NCBI GenBank assembly: GCA_026390815.1
Contig: JAPLFH010000005.1
Coordinates: 62,366 to 126,365 of the forward strand
DNA from: Ignavibacteriales bacterium
Lineage (GTDB): Bacteria > Bacteroidota > Ignavibacteria > Ignavibacteriales > SURF-24
Length of the DNA: 64,000 nt
Direction of reading: 5' to 3'
The position numbers were made by a program, and so were the translations under genes. Shown here piece after piece: positions 9,590 to 18,097 of this stretch (the stretch's first letter is position 1; each line of letters starts with the position of its first letter). Below the pieces are notes generated by a model. It searched no databases and was not told the DNA's origin. It was given only the letters and a program-made list of their open reading frames with translations.

Positions 9590-12134
9590 TATTTTTTATG
9601 ATTTTGTCTGTTAAAGTTGTTGTGGATACTTTATTAAACAAATCGTCAATAATCACTTTACTTCTAAATTTAAACCAATTATTATATAAAACATCAAACA
9701 AAACTGTATTCCAATTTTCATTTGTAAAACTATTATAAAACATTGGTGATTTCATTTTTTGATTAAACTGTTTTTCTCTATCTATAGGAATGAGCATTAC
9801 TTTTTTTATTTCGTTGGAAACGTTAGATCCACGTTGTAATGCGCTCGTCATTGAGGTAGTGCATTCTACTTCAAATAGGTACTCAATCTTATTGTCTCGA
9901 ATCCACAATAAATCCACATCGTCAACAATATCTGGATTCTGGATATTTTCCAGCTTGAAAATAGTTTGATAATTAACATATTGATTCAACTTGCCGGTTT
10001 TTTTTAAGTGAACAGAATCTATTTGATGATTTTGCTCATTCTTGCCAATATAAATTGAATAACCAGCTTCCTGTCCAATTTCGGCTAAGATGGCTAACAC
10101 GGAAGTATGTTCTTTCTCAACCACTCCAGGTTTGAATCCAGGTTTTATTAACCAATATCCTTGTTGCATTGGCTTAGCGTATACTTCTAATGCTTCCTTT
10201 ATACTTGTTTGATCTGAAGTTAAGGAATTCGGGAATGAAATACTTACAGCTTCCCAAATATCTGTGAAAGTTACTTTCCCTTTCTGCTGTAATTTTGCCA
10301 AAACAGTTTTTTCAACTCTATCAGTTAACGGTATTTTTTCAAGGTGAGGAACAAGCTTAGGATTTTTAAACCACCAGAGCTTACCAGTAGCTTGCCCCAT
10401 TTTAGCATTTACTAAAATAAAAGTATCATCTATTTTTTTTTCAAGAACAGTTTTAATATCCGAACCGGTATTAAGTTCAGAGAAAAAACCTCTCTTTGCA
10501 AGTTCAGGATCAATTGCATTAATAATAATAGTATACGGAGTTGGTTCGCCACGTTCTGCAAGAATTTTTATTGTAGTATCTATGACTATTTTTTCAAATC
10601 TTAACTCATCAATAGATTCAGATTCACTCTCTCTTTCACGTAAAACAGGTTTATAAAATCTTAAATAGAAATCGCCCTGAGCAGATCCAAATGGTTGCAG
10701 CAACGATTTTGCCGATGGTCTTGCTAATTCTTGATGATGTATTTTTTGCAGCTCAAACCCAGCTAAAACAGATGCCCGAATGGTTGCGTTCCTTACTTTA
10801 AAAGTTGGGTTATGAAAAGTAACCGTAACATAGTTTTCTGGTTTTAATACATCATACATTCTTTCAAAACTATTTCTAAGTAACGAATGATATACTTCAA
10901 AATTTTTATCTTGCCTTTCACTGTGAATTATTTCGTCTAAGGCAATTTTTTCTAAATAACCTTTATCCATTTTTAACCAGGTAATCCATAAGTAGGAAAG
11001 TTCTCCGTATTGGATTGATGAATCATAAGGTGGGTCAGTAAATATGTAATCGACACAACCACTTTCAAAATATTGTTCGGACATTTCCTTCATTAAATCA
11101 ATGCAGGAACCACAATAAATAAAAATATCTGAGTCACCATCAATTACTTCCTGGAAGCGATTAGCGAATTTGATATTCTTAAAATACTTGTTTGATTCTT
11201 CTTTAGCTTTTACTAAACCCTGGTGCCCCCATATTGCACTTTCAAATTTATACCAAACATTTTGTTCCATATAAGGTCCTGAAGGGTACCAATAACTATG
11301 CTGTGTCCATGCAGAACTAAATGGTGTAAAATGTCCGGCTTCTGATATTGGATTCATACGTGAACAAAGGTGGACCATCGAGGAAAAAGCAATCTTTAAA
11401 AAATCTCTCAATACTTTGTCACTTTCGTTTTCAATAGCAACCATTAAAATTGCAAGAGCATAAAGATTTCTTTTAGTGAAAAGTTGGTCGATAGATTCAT
11501 ATTGTTGTTTTTCTTTAAATGGTTTACCGTTTGTATGGTATAATCGATTATCAGGATACCACTCTTTTATCTTATGTCGGTCAATCTTTCTAATTATCTC
11601 TAAATCAAAATCAATTAGCTTTGTATTTTCCCTTCTTTCATCATTGCAATCAGGACAATTCTTATATCGTATTTCTTTATACTTGTCCTTTTCCAAAATT
11701 GCGCAATCAAAAAATATTTCGGATCCACAGTTCCTGCATTCTGTTTTATATAATTTTAGAATTTTATCTTTAACTTGTTTTTCAATTCGTTCATACGCAG
11801 CTTTTAGTTTTGGTGCATCTAATTGTTTGATAGTAAGACGTATTAACTCAGTTGCAATTGGTGAAATATCTGCGGTTATAACCTTCCGTCCTCTTTTTAA
11901 TGCTTCAATAGCAGTAACGCCGCTGCCTCCAAAAGGATCTAAAACAATTCCATTCGGTGGACAATAAGTTTCAATAAATTCACCTACAACATTCCAGGTT
12001 TTTCTTGACCAATATTTGTGGAAATTATACATCGGTGTGTGTGCTTGCGGAGGTATTTGTCTATTAAGGTGTTTGATGCCACTTATTTTTAATTGTGGTA
12101 CTAATTGTTCAAATTCTTTCTTCTTAATATTCAT
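9555..12134 (-). CDS. DNA methyltransferase (N6-A or N4-C) with a Zn-ribbon insert and a ~380-aa C-terminal extension holding a PD-(D/E)xK-like module
   Basis: 859 aa. The SAM motif LDPFGGSGVTAIEA is at aa 65-78. A CxxC..CxxC pair lies at aa 133-136 and 160-163. The catalytic TDPPY is at aa 366-370. The C-terminus has a wHTH-like stretch, then LAEIG..DVDLLW..LFEVECT..QRG (aa ~680-770). The target base and any nuclease activity are not determinable from sequence alone. Confidence 0.8.
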   Translation of the reverse strand: MNIKKKEFEQLVPQLKISGIKHLNRQIPPQAHTPMYNFHKYWSRKTWNVVGEFIETYCPPNGIVLDPFGGSGVTAIEALKRGRKVITADISPIATELIRLTIKQLDAPKLKAAYERIEKQVKDKILKLYKTECRNCGSEIFFDCAILEKDKYKEIRYKNCPDCNDERRENTKLIDFDLEIIRKIDRHKIKEWYPDNRLYHTNGKPFKEKQQYESIDQLFTKRNLYALAILMVAIENESDKVLRDFLKIAFSSMVHLCSRMNPISEAGHFTPFSSAWTQHSYWYPSGPYMEQNVWYKFESAIWGHQGLVKAKEESNKYFKNIKFANRFQEVIDGDSDIFIYCGSCIDLMKEMSEQYFESGCVDYIFTDPPYDSSIQYGELSYLWITWLKMDKGYLEKIALDEIIHSERQDKNFEVYHSLLRNSFERMYDVLKPENYVTVTFHNPTFKVRNATIRASVLAGFELQKIHHQELARPSAKSLLQPFGSAQGDFYLRFYKPVLRERESESESIDELRFEKIVIDTTIKILAERGEPTPYTIIINAIDPELAKRGFFSELNTGSDIKTVLEKKIDDTFILVNAKMGQATGKLWWFKNPKLVPHLEKIPLTDRVEKTVLAKLQQKGKVTFTDIWEAVSISFPNSLTSDQTSIKEALEVYAKPMQQGYWLIKPGFKPGVVEKEHTSVLAILAEIGQEAGYSIYIGKNEQNHQIDSVHLKKTGKLNQYVNYQTIFKLENIQNPDIVDDVDLLWIRDNKIEYLFEVECTTSMTSALQRGSNVSNEIKKVMLIPIDREKQFNQKMKSPMFYNSFTNENWNTVLFDVLYNNWFKFRSKVIIDDLFNKVSTTTLTDKIIKNIVKEPEPDFFE

Positions 12135-12418
12135 TCTGATTCAATATGCCTTAATATTCTTTTAGTCAGTTCAAACATGGCAGCCAACTGCGTAGCTTTA
12201 ATTGGTCCAATTCCTTCTATTTCCATAAGCTCTTTCAAAGTCTTACCAGAAATATTATAAATATTTCCATATTTATCCAAAATTCTTTCTGCAATTTTTT
12301 CTGCAGTAAGGTTTTTAGTTCCAGCATTTATTATTATTGTTAAAAGTTCCTTCTCTGAACATGCTGATGGACCAAGTCTTCTAAACTTGCCACCCGGATG
12401 AAAATATTTTTTTTCCAT
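12131..12418 (-). CDS. RadC-like N-terminal helix-hairpin-helix domain protein (no JAB/MPN domain)
   Basis: 95 aa. SEKELLTIIINAGTKNLTAEKIAERILDKYGNIYNISGKTLKELMEIEGIGPIKATQLAAMFEL aligns by eye to the N-terminal ~90 aa of RadC/YicR (..ELLAxxLRTGTxGxxVxxLAxxLLxxFGSLxxL..GIGxAKAxQL..). Its stop overlaps the methyltransferase ATG (ATGA). Confidence 0.7.
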   Translation of the reverse strand: MEKKYFHPGGKFRRLGPSACSEKELLTIIINAGTKNLTAEKIAERILDKYGNIYNISGKTLKELMEIEGIGPIKATQLAAMFELTKRILRHIESE

Positions 12419-12430
12419 ATAAATATTAAT

Positions 12431-13930
12431 CTAAAACTGAAAATAGATAAATGGCTGTAAGTCTGCTGACCTAACCTGAATAGCCAACCATATAAAGAAA
12501 GCTAATATAATTGCTTTTCCAATCAACGGGGTTTTTGAAATAAGTTCAACCGTTTTCAGCTCAACTTTTGCAGGAAGAAAATGTAGAATGAATCCACCTA
12601 AAATTAGCGCGCTGATTACAGGATAACCTTGAATAAATTGAACGAAAACCTCTTCGTGAAAGAAATTTATTATCTGGCTAAAAACATCTAATGCGCTCTG
12701 GATTGACACTGCTCTGAAAAATACCCAGGCGAATGCAATCAAGTTGAAAGTTATAAATACTTGAATGACATGAAGAATTTTTGTATTAGAGAGCCCAAGC
12801 TTTTTCCAGATGAAAGTTCTGGGATTCCTTGTGAAGAATGAAACCGCCATTAATAATCCGTGAATCGTTCCCCAAACAATAAACGTCCAGTTGGCACCAT
12901 GCCAAAGCCCGCAGGCTACAAATGTAATCAGGATAGCTAAAGCGTTTCCCAAAAGACGAAGATTTCTTAAGCTAAATTGCAATGGTTTGAAAATATAATC
13001 AAGCAGCCAGGATGAAAGTGAAATATGCCATCTCCTCCAGAACTCAGCCACACTCGAAGCTTTGTATGGTGAATTAAAATTGTCCATCAATTTGAATCCA
13101 AGTAAAAGAGCAAGTCCAATTGCGATATCAGAATAGCCGGAAAAATCGCAGTAGATTTGCAACGCATAACCATAAGTTGCCATTAAATTTTCTACACCAG
13201 TAAAACGAAGCGGTTCATCCATTACGCGATCAACAAAATTCAGGCTGATGTAATCGGCAATAACTGCTTTCTTAAATAATCCAGAGCAGATTAAAAAAAT
13301 TGCTTTTCCAATATCCTCCCGGCTTATAAAAACTTCTTTATTAATCTGTGGAAGAAATTTCTCAGCACGGTCAATTGGTCCTGCAAGAAGGTTTGGAAAG
13401 AATGAAACAAAAAGCGCAAAATTAAGGAAGTTAGTTTCTGGCTCAATCTTTTCAAGATAAAGATCAAAAATGTAATTAAGTGATTTGAATGTATAGAAAG
13501 AAATTCCAATTGGAACTAAAATATCCAGTGCATCAATATTTTTAGAGGATAGATCGTTAATGACCTGGATAAAGAAATTTGTATACTTGAAATAGCCAAG
13601 TAAAAAAAGATTTACAATAACAGCCAGGATTAATATCAATCTACGCTTTAAAGTATCGCTGAATAGAAAAAGCCATTTACCAAGCAGGAAGTTTACTACG
13701 GCTGTACCGATAAGCAACAGGAAAAACAATCCGCTGATTTTATAATAAAAAAAGAGTGAAAAGAGAAGTAGAAAAACTACTCGTAAATTTTTGTTCTTCC
13801 GTATCAAAACGAAAATTAGAAGAACAAATGAAAAAAGGAACAAGAACAATCCGGTAGTAAATAGAAGCGGATCCTTTGGATTGTATACAAAAAGATTTAG
13901 GAATTTGCTGATATCGAAATTGAATAACAT
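12431..13930 (-). CDS. MBOAT family membrane O-acyltransferase (DltB/AlgI-like)
   Basis: 499-aa polytopic protein carrying the MBOAT hallmark FWRRWHISLSSWLLDYIF. Confidence 0.88.
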   Translation of the reverse strand: MLFNFDISKFLNLFVYNPKDPLLFTTGLFLFLFSFVLLIFVLIRKNKNLRVVFLLLFSLFFYYKISGLFFLLLIGTAVVNFLLGKWLFLFSDTLKRRLILILAVIVNLFLLGYFKYTNFFIQVINDLSSKNIDALDILVPIGISFYTFKSLNYIFDLYLEKIEPETNFLNFALFVSFFPNLLAGPIDRAEKFLPQINKEVFISREDIGKAIFLICSGLFKKAVIADYISLNFVDRVMDEPLRFTGVENLMATYGYALQIYCDFSGYSDIAIGLALLLGFKLMDNFNSPYKASSVAEFWRRWHISLSSWLLDYIFKPLQFSLRNLRLLGNALAILITFVACGLWHGANWTFIVWGTIHGLLMAVSFFTRNPRTFIWKKLGLSNTKILHVIQVFITFNLIAFAWVFFRAVSIQSALDVFSQIINFFHEEVFVQFIQGYPVISALILGGFILHFLPAKVELKTVELISKTPLIGKAIILAFFIWLAIQVRSADLQPFIYFQF

Positions 13931-13957
13931 TTTATCAACCCAACATGATTAAAAAAT

Positions 13958-14191
13958 TTATTTTTGTAGTTTAGCATCAAGCAATTTTTGCAGATCGCCA
14001 ACATTTTTCAGTTTCAGCACTTCAAGATTTTTGAAGCGAACATTAAAATGCTTTTCCACCGCAACAATAACATTTATGTGGTTCAAGGAATCCCATCCAG
14101 GAACTTGTGGTGCCATAGTTTCATCTGTAAAATCCCATTCATCCAGCTTAAGCGCCGTAAGAATTACTTTCTTTAGTTCTTCAGATATCAT
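13958..14191 (-). CDS. Acyl/peptidyl carrier protein (DltC-like)
   Basis: 77 aa with a GWDSLNHI phosphopantetheine-attachment-type DSL motif. It sits between the adenylating enzyme and the MBOAT, with a 1-nt gap to the ligase stop. Confidence 0.75.
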   Translation of the reverse strand: MISEELKKVILTALKLDEWDFTDETMAPQVPGWDSLNHINVIVAVEKHFNVRFKNLEVLKLKNVGDLQKLLDAKLQK

Positions 14192-14192
14192 C

Positions 14193-15917
14193 TTAACTCC
14201 ATTTTATTTCTTCTGCGTTTTCTAAAATTCTTTCTTTGTTTGCTTTTCTACTTGGTTTACCCGCCGAGCTTTTTATCAACCAGCGAGGTGGAACAAAGTA
14301 AACATTTCTTATTGAAACATCGATTGCCATTCCAGCTTTAATAACTTCCAGTTTTAATTTTTTCTGTTCAGCAGCATTACTTTTATTTGTTTCAGCTATA
14401 ACAGAAATCTGTTCGCTTCCCATCTCGGTATCTTCTTCACCAAATGCTATTACTCTGCCAGGAATAATTCCTTCAACTTTACTAACTACATCTTCAATAT
14501 CTTCCGGATAGATATTATTTCCTGCAACGATAATGATATCCTTCTTCCTTCCAATGATGTAAAATTCATCTCCATTTTGGAAACCGTAATCTCCGCTGTA
14601 ATACCAGCCATTCTGTAAAACTTCAGCGGTTTTATCCGGATAATTACGGTAGCCATCAAACATAGAAACTGATTTAATGGCAATCTCGCCAATGATTCCT
14701 TCATCAACTTCATTCCGAGTTTCATCTACAATTCTAACTTCGCAACCTTTAATTGTTTTGCCGGAAGAAACACATATCCTTGCGTTTTCACCATTTTTTG
14801 AAATTTTTATTTTACCTTTTGCTAATTCAATTCTGTCAACAGGAAGCAGTGCGGGTTCAACATCCGGGGGAGTTTGTGTAACAGCATAAGTAGTTTCAGC
14901 CATTGCATAGCAAGATGAAAGTGCTTGTGGTTTCAATCCATATTGTTGAAATCTTTTTATAAATTTTTGATGACTTTCATAACGAACAGGTTCACTACAA
15001 TTTATTATCAACCGCCAGCTCTCCAACGATATTCCTTCCAGATCTTCATCAAGAATTTTATCTGCCATTAGGTTGTAAGCAAAATTTGGAAGCCAGGAAA
15101 CTGTTCCCTTTTCTTTCGAAATTGCCTCAAGTAAAAGCGAGGGAATAAGAACCCACTCAAAAGTATCAATCTGGATTGTTGGAATTCCAAATGCAAGCGG
15201 AAGATGGAATGCTGCAATCAAACCCATATCGTGGTAAAGCGGAAGCCAGCTAACAATTTTATCTTCATCATTTAATTTAATTGATTCGCAATAATACTCA
15301 ACATGCTGAAGAACTGCCTGGTGAGAAAGCAAAACTGGTTTTTGTAATCCAGTTGTTCCGGAAGAATGCTGAAGCAGAAATGGATCAGTGCTTTTAATTG
15401 ATTGATGAACTTCTAATATTTTTTTATGATTTTCACCTTCCAGTTTTCTTTCTCTATTCCATTCAAGCGGAAAAAATAAACCTTTTATTGTGCTGTTTTC
15501 TTTTTCAACTAAAGGGCGAATCATCGGTTCCAGTTCAATCTCAGTTAAAATGAAATCAAGACCAGACCGTTGAGACATTCCTTCAATTCCCTGCCTGAAT
15601 TTATCCGGATGTAAACGGGGATTTGGATAAGCAAGTATAGCCGGGATGGCTCCAACATTATCTATGGCAAGGTACAAAGGATACAAGTATTTATTGTGCC
15701 GGATAATTATAGCGCAAACATCACCACGTTTAATTCCATTTTCCAACAGACTTATTGAAAGACTTTCGGCTGTTTTAATTAAATTTGAAAAAGTCCAGCG
15801 GAATGGTTCTTCACCGGCAACCCAATGGATAATTGCATCCCGATCTGGGTTTTTATCTGCATTCCTGCACCACCTATCCCAAACGATTTCATTCCGGTTA
15901 TTAATTTCATTATACAT
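14193..15917 (-). CDS. AMP-dependent synthetase/ligase (fatty-acyl-AMP ligase-like adenylating enzyme)
   Basis: 574 aa with HSSGTTGLQK (A3 core), LPLYHDMGLI (a motif common in FAAL-type enzymes), YYSGDYGF and GRKKD (A8). Confidence 0.85.
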   Translation of the reverse strand: MYNEINNRNEIVWDRWCRNADKNPDRDAIIHWVAGEEPFRWTFSNLIKTAESLSISLLENGIKRGDVCAIIIRHNKYLYPLYLAIDNVGAIPAILAYPNPRLHPDKFRQGIEGMSQRSGLDFILTEIELEPMIRPLVEKENSTIKGLFFPLEWNRERKLEGENHKKILEVHQSIKSTDPFLLQHSSGTTGLQKPVLLSHQAVLQHVEYYCESIKLNDEDKIVSWLPLYHDMGLIAAFHLPLAFGIPTIQIDTFEWVLIPSLLLEAISKEKGTVSWLPNFAYNLMADKILDEDLEGISLESWRLIINCSEPVRYESHQKFIKRFQQYGLKPQALSSCYAMAETTYAVTQTPPDVEPALLPVDRIELAKGKIKISKNGENARICVSSGKTIKGCEVRIVDETRNEVDEGIIGEIAIKSVSMFDGYRNYPDKTAEVLQNGWYYSGDYGFQNGDEFYIIGRKKDIIIVAGNNIYPEDIEDVVSKVEGIIPGRVIAFGEEDTEMGSEQISVIAETNKSNAAEQKKLKLEVIKAGMAIDVSIRNVYFVPPRWLIKSSAGKPSRKANKERILENAEEIKWS

Positions 15918-15938
15918 TTTGTAAATCCCTAAAAATTA

Positions 15939-16094
15939 TTAATTATCTGCCCTGATATCTGAAAGCAAATCTAATTTTCTTATTACCAGGTTACCAATTT
16001 TAATATCAGATGATTGGAAGGAAATAAGGAATAAGATTAGAATAGCAATGGCAATAATAATTACCGGCTGATGAACTTTGTTGTTTTCAATCAT
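15939..16094 (-). CDS. Candidate 51-aa single-pass membrane micro-protein upstream of the ligase
   Basis: Hand translation gives MIENNKVHQPVIIIAIAILILFLISFQSSDIKIGNLVIRKLDLLSDIRADN*. It is below the ORF-track cutoff. It has one clear TM helix but no obvious SD, so support is positional only. Confidence 0.3.
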   Translation of the reverse strand: MIENNKVHQPVIIIAIAILILFLISFQSSDIKIGNLVIRKLDLLSDIRADN

Positions 16095-16119
16095 TATATA
16101 TTTATCAGATTGTTAATAA

Positions 16120-16806
16120 TTAAATGCCGAGCATCTTTAAAACTTTTTCTAATTCCTGCCCCCAAATTTTATAACCGCGCCAGGTTAAATGAACTCCGTC
16201 ATAAGTAAATTCGTCTTTAAGGAATTTTCCATCGATCAATTTTGAATTAAGATCCAGGTACAAAATTTTATTTTTAATTGCATATTCCTGCAATAACTTA
16301 TTCAGCTTTTCTACGTCTAGATTTTTTGTAGACGCATCATGCCATTTTGTTGAAACGTAAAGTGTAGATTGAATTACCGGAACAATTTTTTTTGATCTTA
16401 AAGTATCAATCAGCTTAATATAATTTTTATAAATATCATCAAGAGAGAAACCGCCATAGATATCATTGATTCCACCCATAATAAAACAAACACGGGGATG
16501 CAGGCGAAAGATATAATCAATACGCGCTAAATATCCCACCAGGTTATCACTTGGAATTCCTCGGTCAACTACATCACTTCTGCCAAGCAATTCATTCCAA
16601 CTGCATCCATGTGTAATTGAATTACCGAACATAACTATTGAGGCATGTTTGGTTTTATAAGTCTCCCACATTCCTAATTGCAGGTCGTAGAGTTTATTTA
16701 TTTTGTACAGAAGCGTGTCTTCTGAAATATCACTATTGTTTTTAGAAATTAATTTTGATTGGAGGGAACAAAAAATAATGATAAAGATTAAGATGATTTT
16801 TTTCAT
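16120..16806 (-). CDS. SGNH/GDSL hydrolase family protein, exported
   Basis: Signal peptide, block I VMFGNSITHG, block III GGINDI and block V DGVHLT. Confidence 0.8.
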   Translation of the reverse strand: MKKIILIFIIIFCSLQSKLISKNNSDISEDTLLYKINKLYDLQLGMWETYKTKHASIVMFGNSITHGCSWNELLGRSDVVDRGIPSDNLVGYLARIDYIFRLHPRVCFIMGGINDIYGGFSLDDIYKNYIKLIDTLRSKKIVPVIQSTLYVSTKWHDASTKNLDVEKLNKLLQEYAIKNKILYLDLNSKLIDGKFLKDEFTYDGVHLTWRGYKIWGQELEKVLKMLGI

Positions 16807-17008
16807 GCGTATATAAAAGTTAGAAAATTATTGTGGGAATATTACCATAATATTGGTTAACAATCAAAGGATTTTCTTAAGGAATTTTTATGGAATGTAC
16901 AAGTTGAATTCTAAAAACTGTGTCTTCATAGCAGTGCGGTTTAATTTATCGCAAAGTCATAAAGACACAGTATAATTTTTTATTTGCAGTGTTTTTTACA
17001 AATTATAT

Positions 17009-18055
17009 TTATCCAAAAAATGTTGCTGCAACCTGGAACAACTTATCATCAACTGTTTTTAATTCACTTGTAGCATCAGCAAGAGGAACAGCAACAATAT
17101 CATTTCCTCTTAATGAAGCCATCATACCAAATTGTTTTGAATCAATCAACTCGGCAGCAAACACACCAAATCTTGTTGCAAGAACTCTGTCCGACGCAGT
17201 TGGAGAGCCGCCTCTCTGGATATGACCTAAGATTGTAGCTCTTGTTTCAAAGCCTGTTCTCTTTTCAATTTCCGCAGCTAATAGGTTACCTATTCCACCT
17301 AATCGTACGTGACCGAATGAGTCTCTTTCCATACTGCTTAAAACAAACGAACCATCTTTATCACTATCATCTGTAGTATCCCATTTAGCTCCTTCAGACA
17401 CAACTACAATACTGAACAATTTCCCTCTTGAGTGTCTCTTCTGAATAAGATCGCAAACATCGTGGATTTTAAAAGGCTTTTCTGGAATAAGAATTACATC
17501 AGCCCCACCAGCTAAACCAGAGTAAAGAGCAATCCATCCAGCATGCCTTCCCATAACTTCAACTATCATAACACGATTATGTGATTCTGCGGTTGTATGT
17601 AATCGGTCAATAGCTTCCATAGCTATATTAATTGCGGTATCAAATCCAAATGTAAAATCTGTTGCATTTAAATCGTTATCGATTGTTTTGGGAACGCCAA
17701 CAACGTTTACACCTGCTTTGTATAATTTTGTTGCTACACCGAGTGTATCTTCTCCACCAATTGCAACCAGAGCATCAACACCATTGTCTTTAAGATTTTT
17801 AATAACTCTTGCTTCACCTTCTGGAATTTTGTACAAGTTTGTGCGGGAAGAACGAAGAATTGTTCCACCACGATGTAAAATTCCAGAGACTGCTTCTAAA
17901 TCCAGATTGACAATTTTATTTTCGAGCAACCCCCTCCAACCTTCCGTATAACCAATTACTTCATGTCCATTAAGAATTGATTTTCGAACAACTGCACGAA
18001 TGACAGGATTCAAACCAGGGCAATCTCCGCCACCAGTTAACATGCCTATTTTCAT
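17009..18055 (-). CDS. pfk: 6-phosphofructokinase, with residues typical of PPi-dependent enzymes
   Basis: MLTGGGDCPGLN, IGGEDT and PKTIDNDL. The positions equivalent to E. coli Gly104 and Gly124 are Asp and Lys. Confidence 0.88.
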   Translation of the reverse strand: MKIGMLTGGGDCPGLNPVIRAVVRKSILNGHEVIGYTEGWRGLLENKIVNLDLEAVSGILHRGGTILRSSRTNLYKIPEGEARVIKNLKDNGVDALVAIGGEDTLGVATKLYKAGVNVVGVPKTIDNDLNATDFTFGFDTAINIAMEAIDRLHTTAESHNRVMIVEVMGRHAGWIALYSGLAGGADVILIPEKPFKIHDVCDLIQKRHSRGKLFSIVVVSEGAKWDTTDDSDKDGSFVLSSMERDSFGHVRLGGIGNLLAAEIEKRTGFETRATILGHIQRGGSPTASDRVLATRFGVFAAELIDSKQFGMMASLRGNDIVAVPLADATSELKTVDDKLFQVAATFFG

Positions 18056-18097
18056 TTTGTTCTCCTATAATAATTTGAAATTATAAACTAATAAACT

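Noticed and set aside
11476-11967. 163-aa + strand ORF inside the methyltransferase gene, plus similar long antisense ORFs at 27987-28478, 35031-35456, 36292-36714, 46616-46954 and 47665-48030
   Set aside because: Each is fully nested antisense within a long CDS that has strong family motifs. Their own sequences are low-complexity with no recognisable motifs. They are typical shadow ORFs of AT-rich genomes.
9555-12418. Simple explanation that the methyltransferase gene inserted into and split a full-length radC
   Set aside because: No JAB/MPN-coding remnant is visible downstream of the methyltransferase, where the asparaginase gene follows directly. The ATGA start/stop overlap looks like an evolved coupled pair. 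The insertion model is therefore not favoured, although it cannot be fully excluded.
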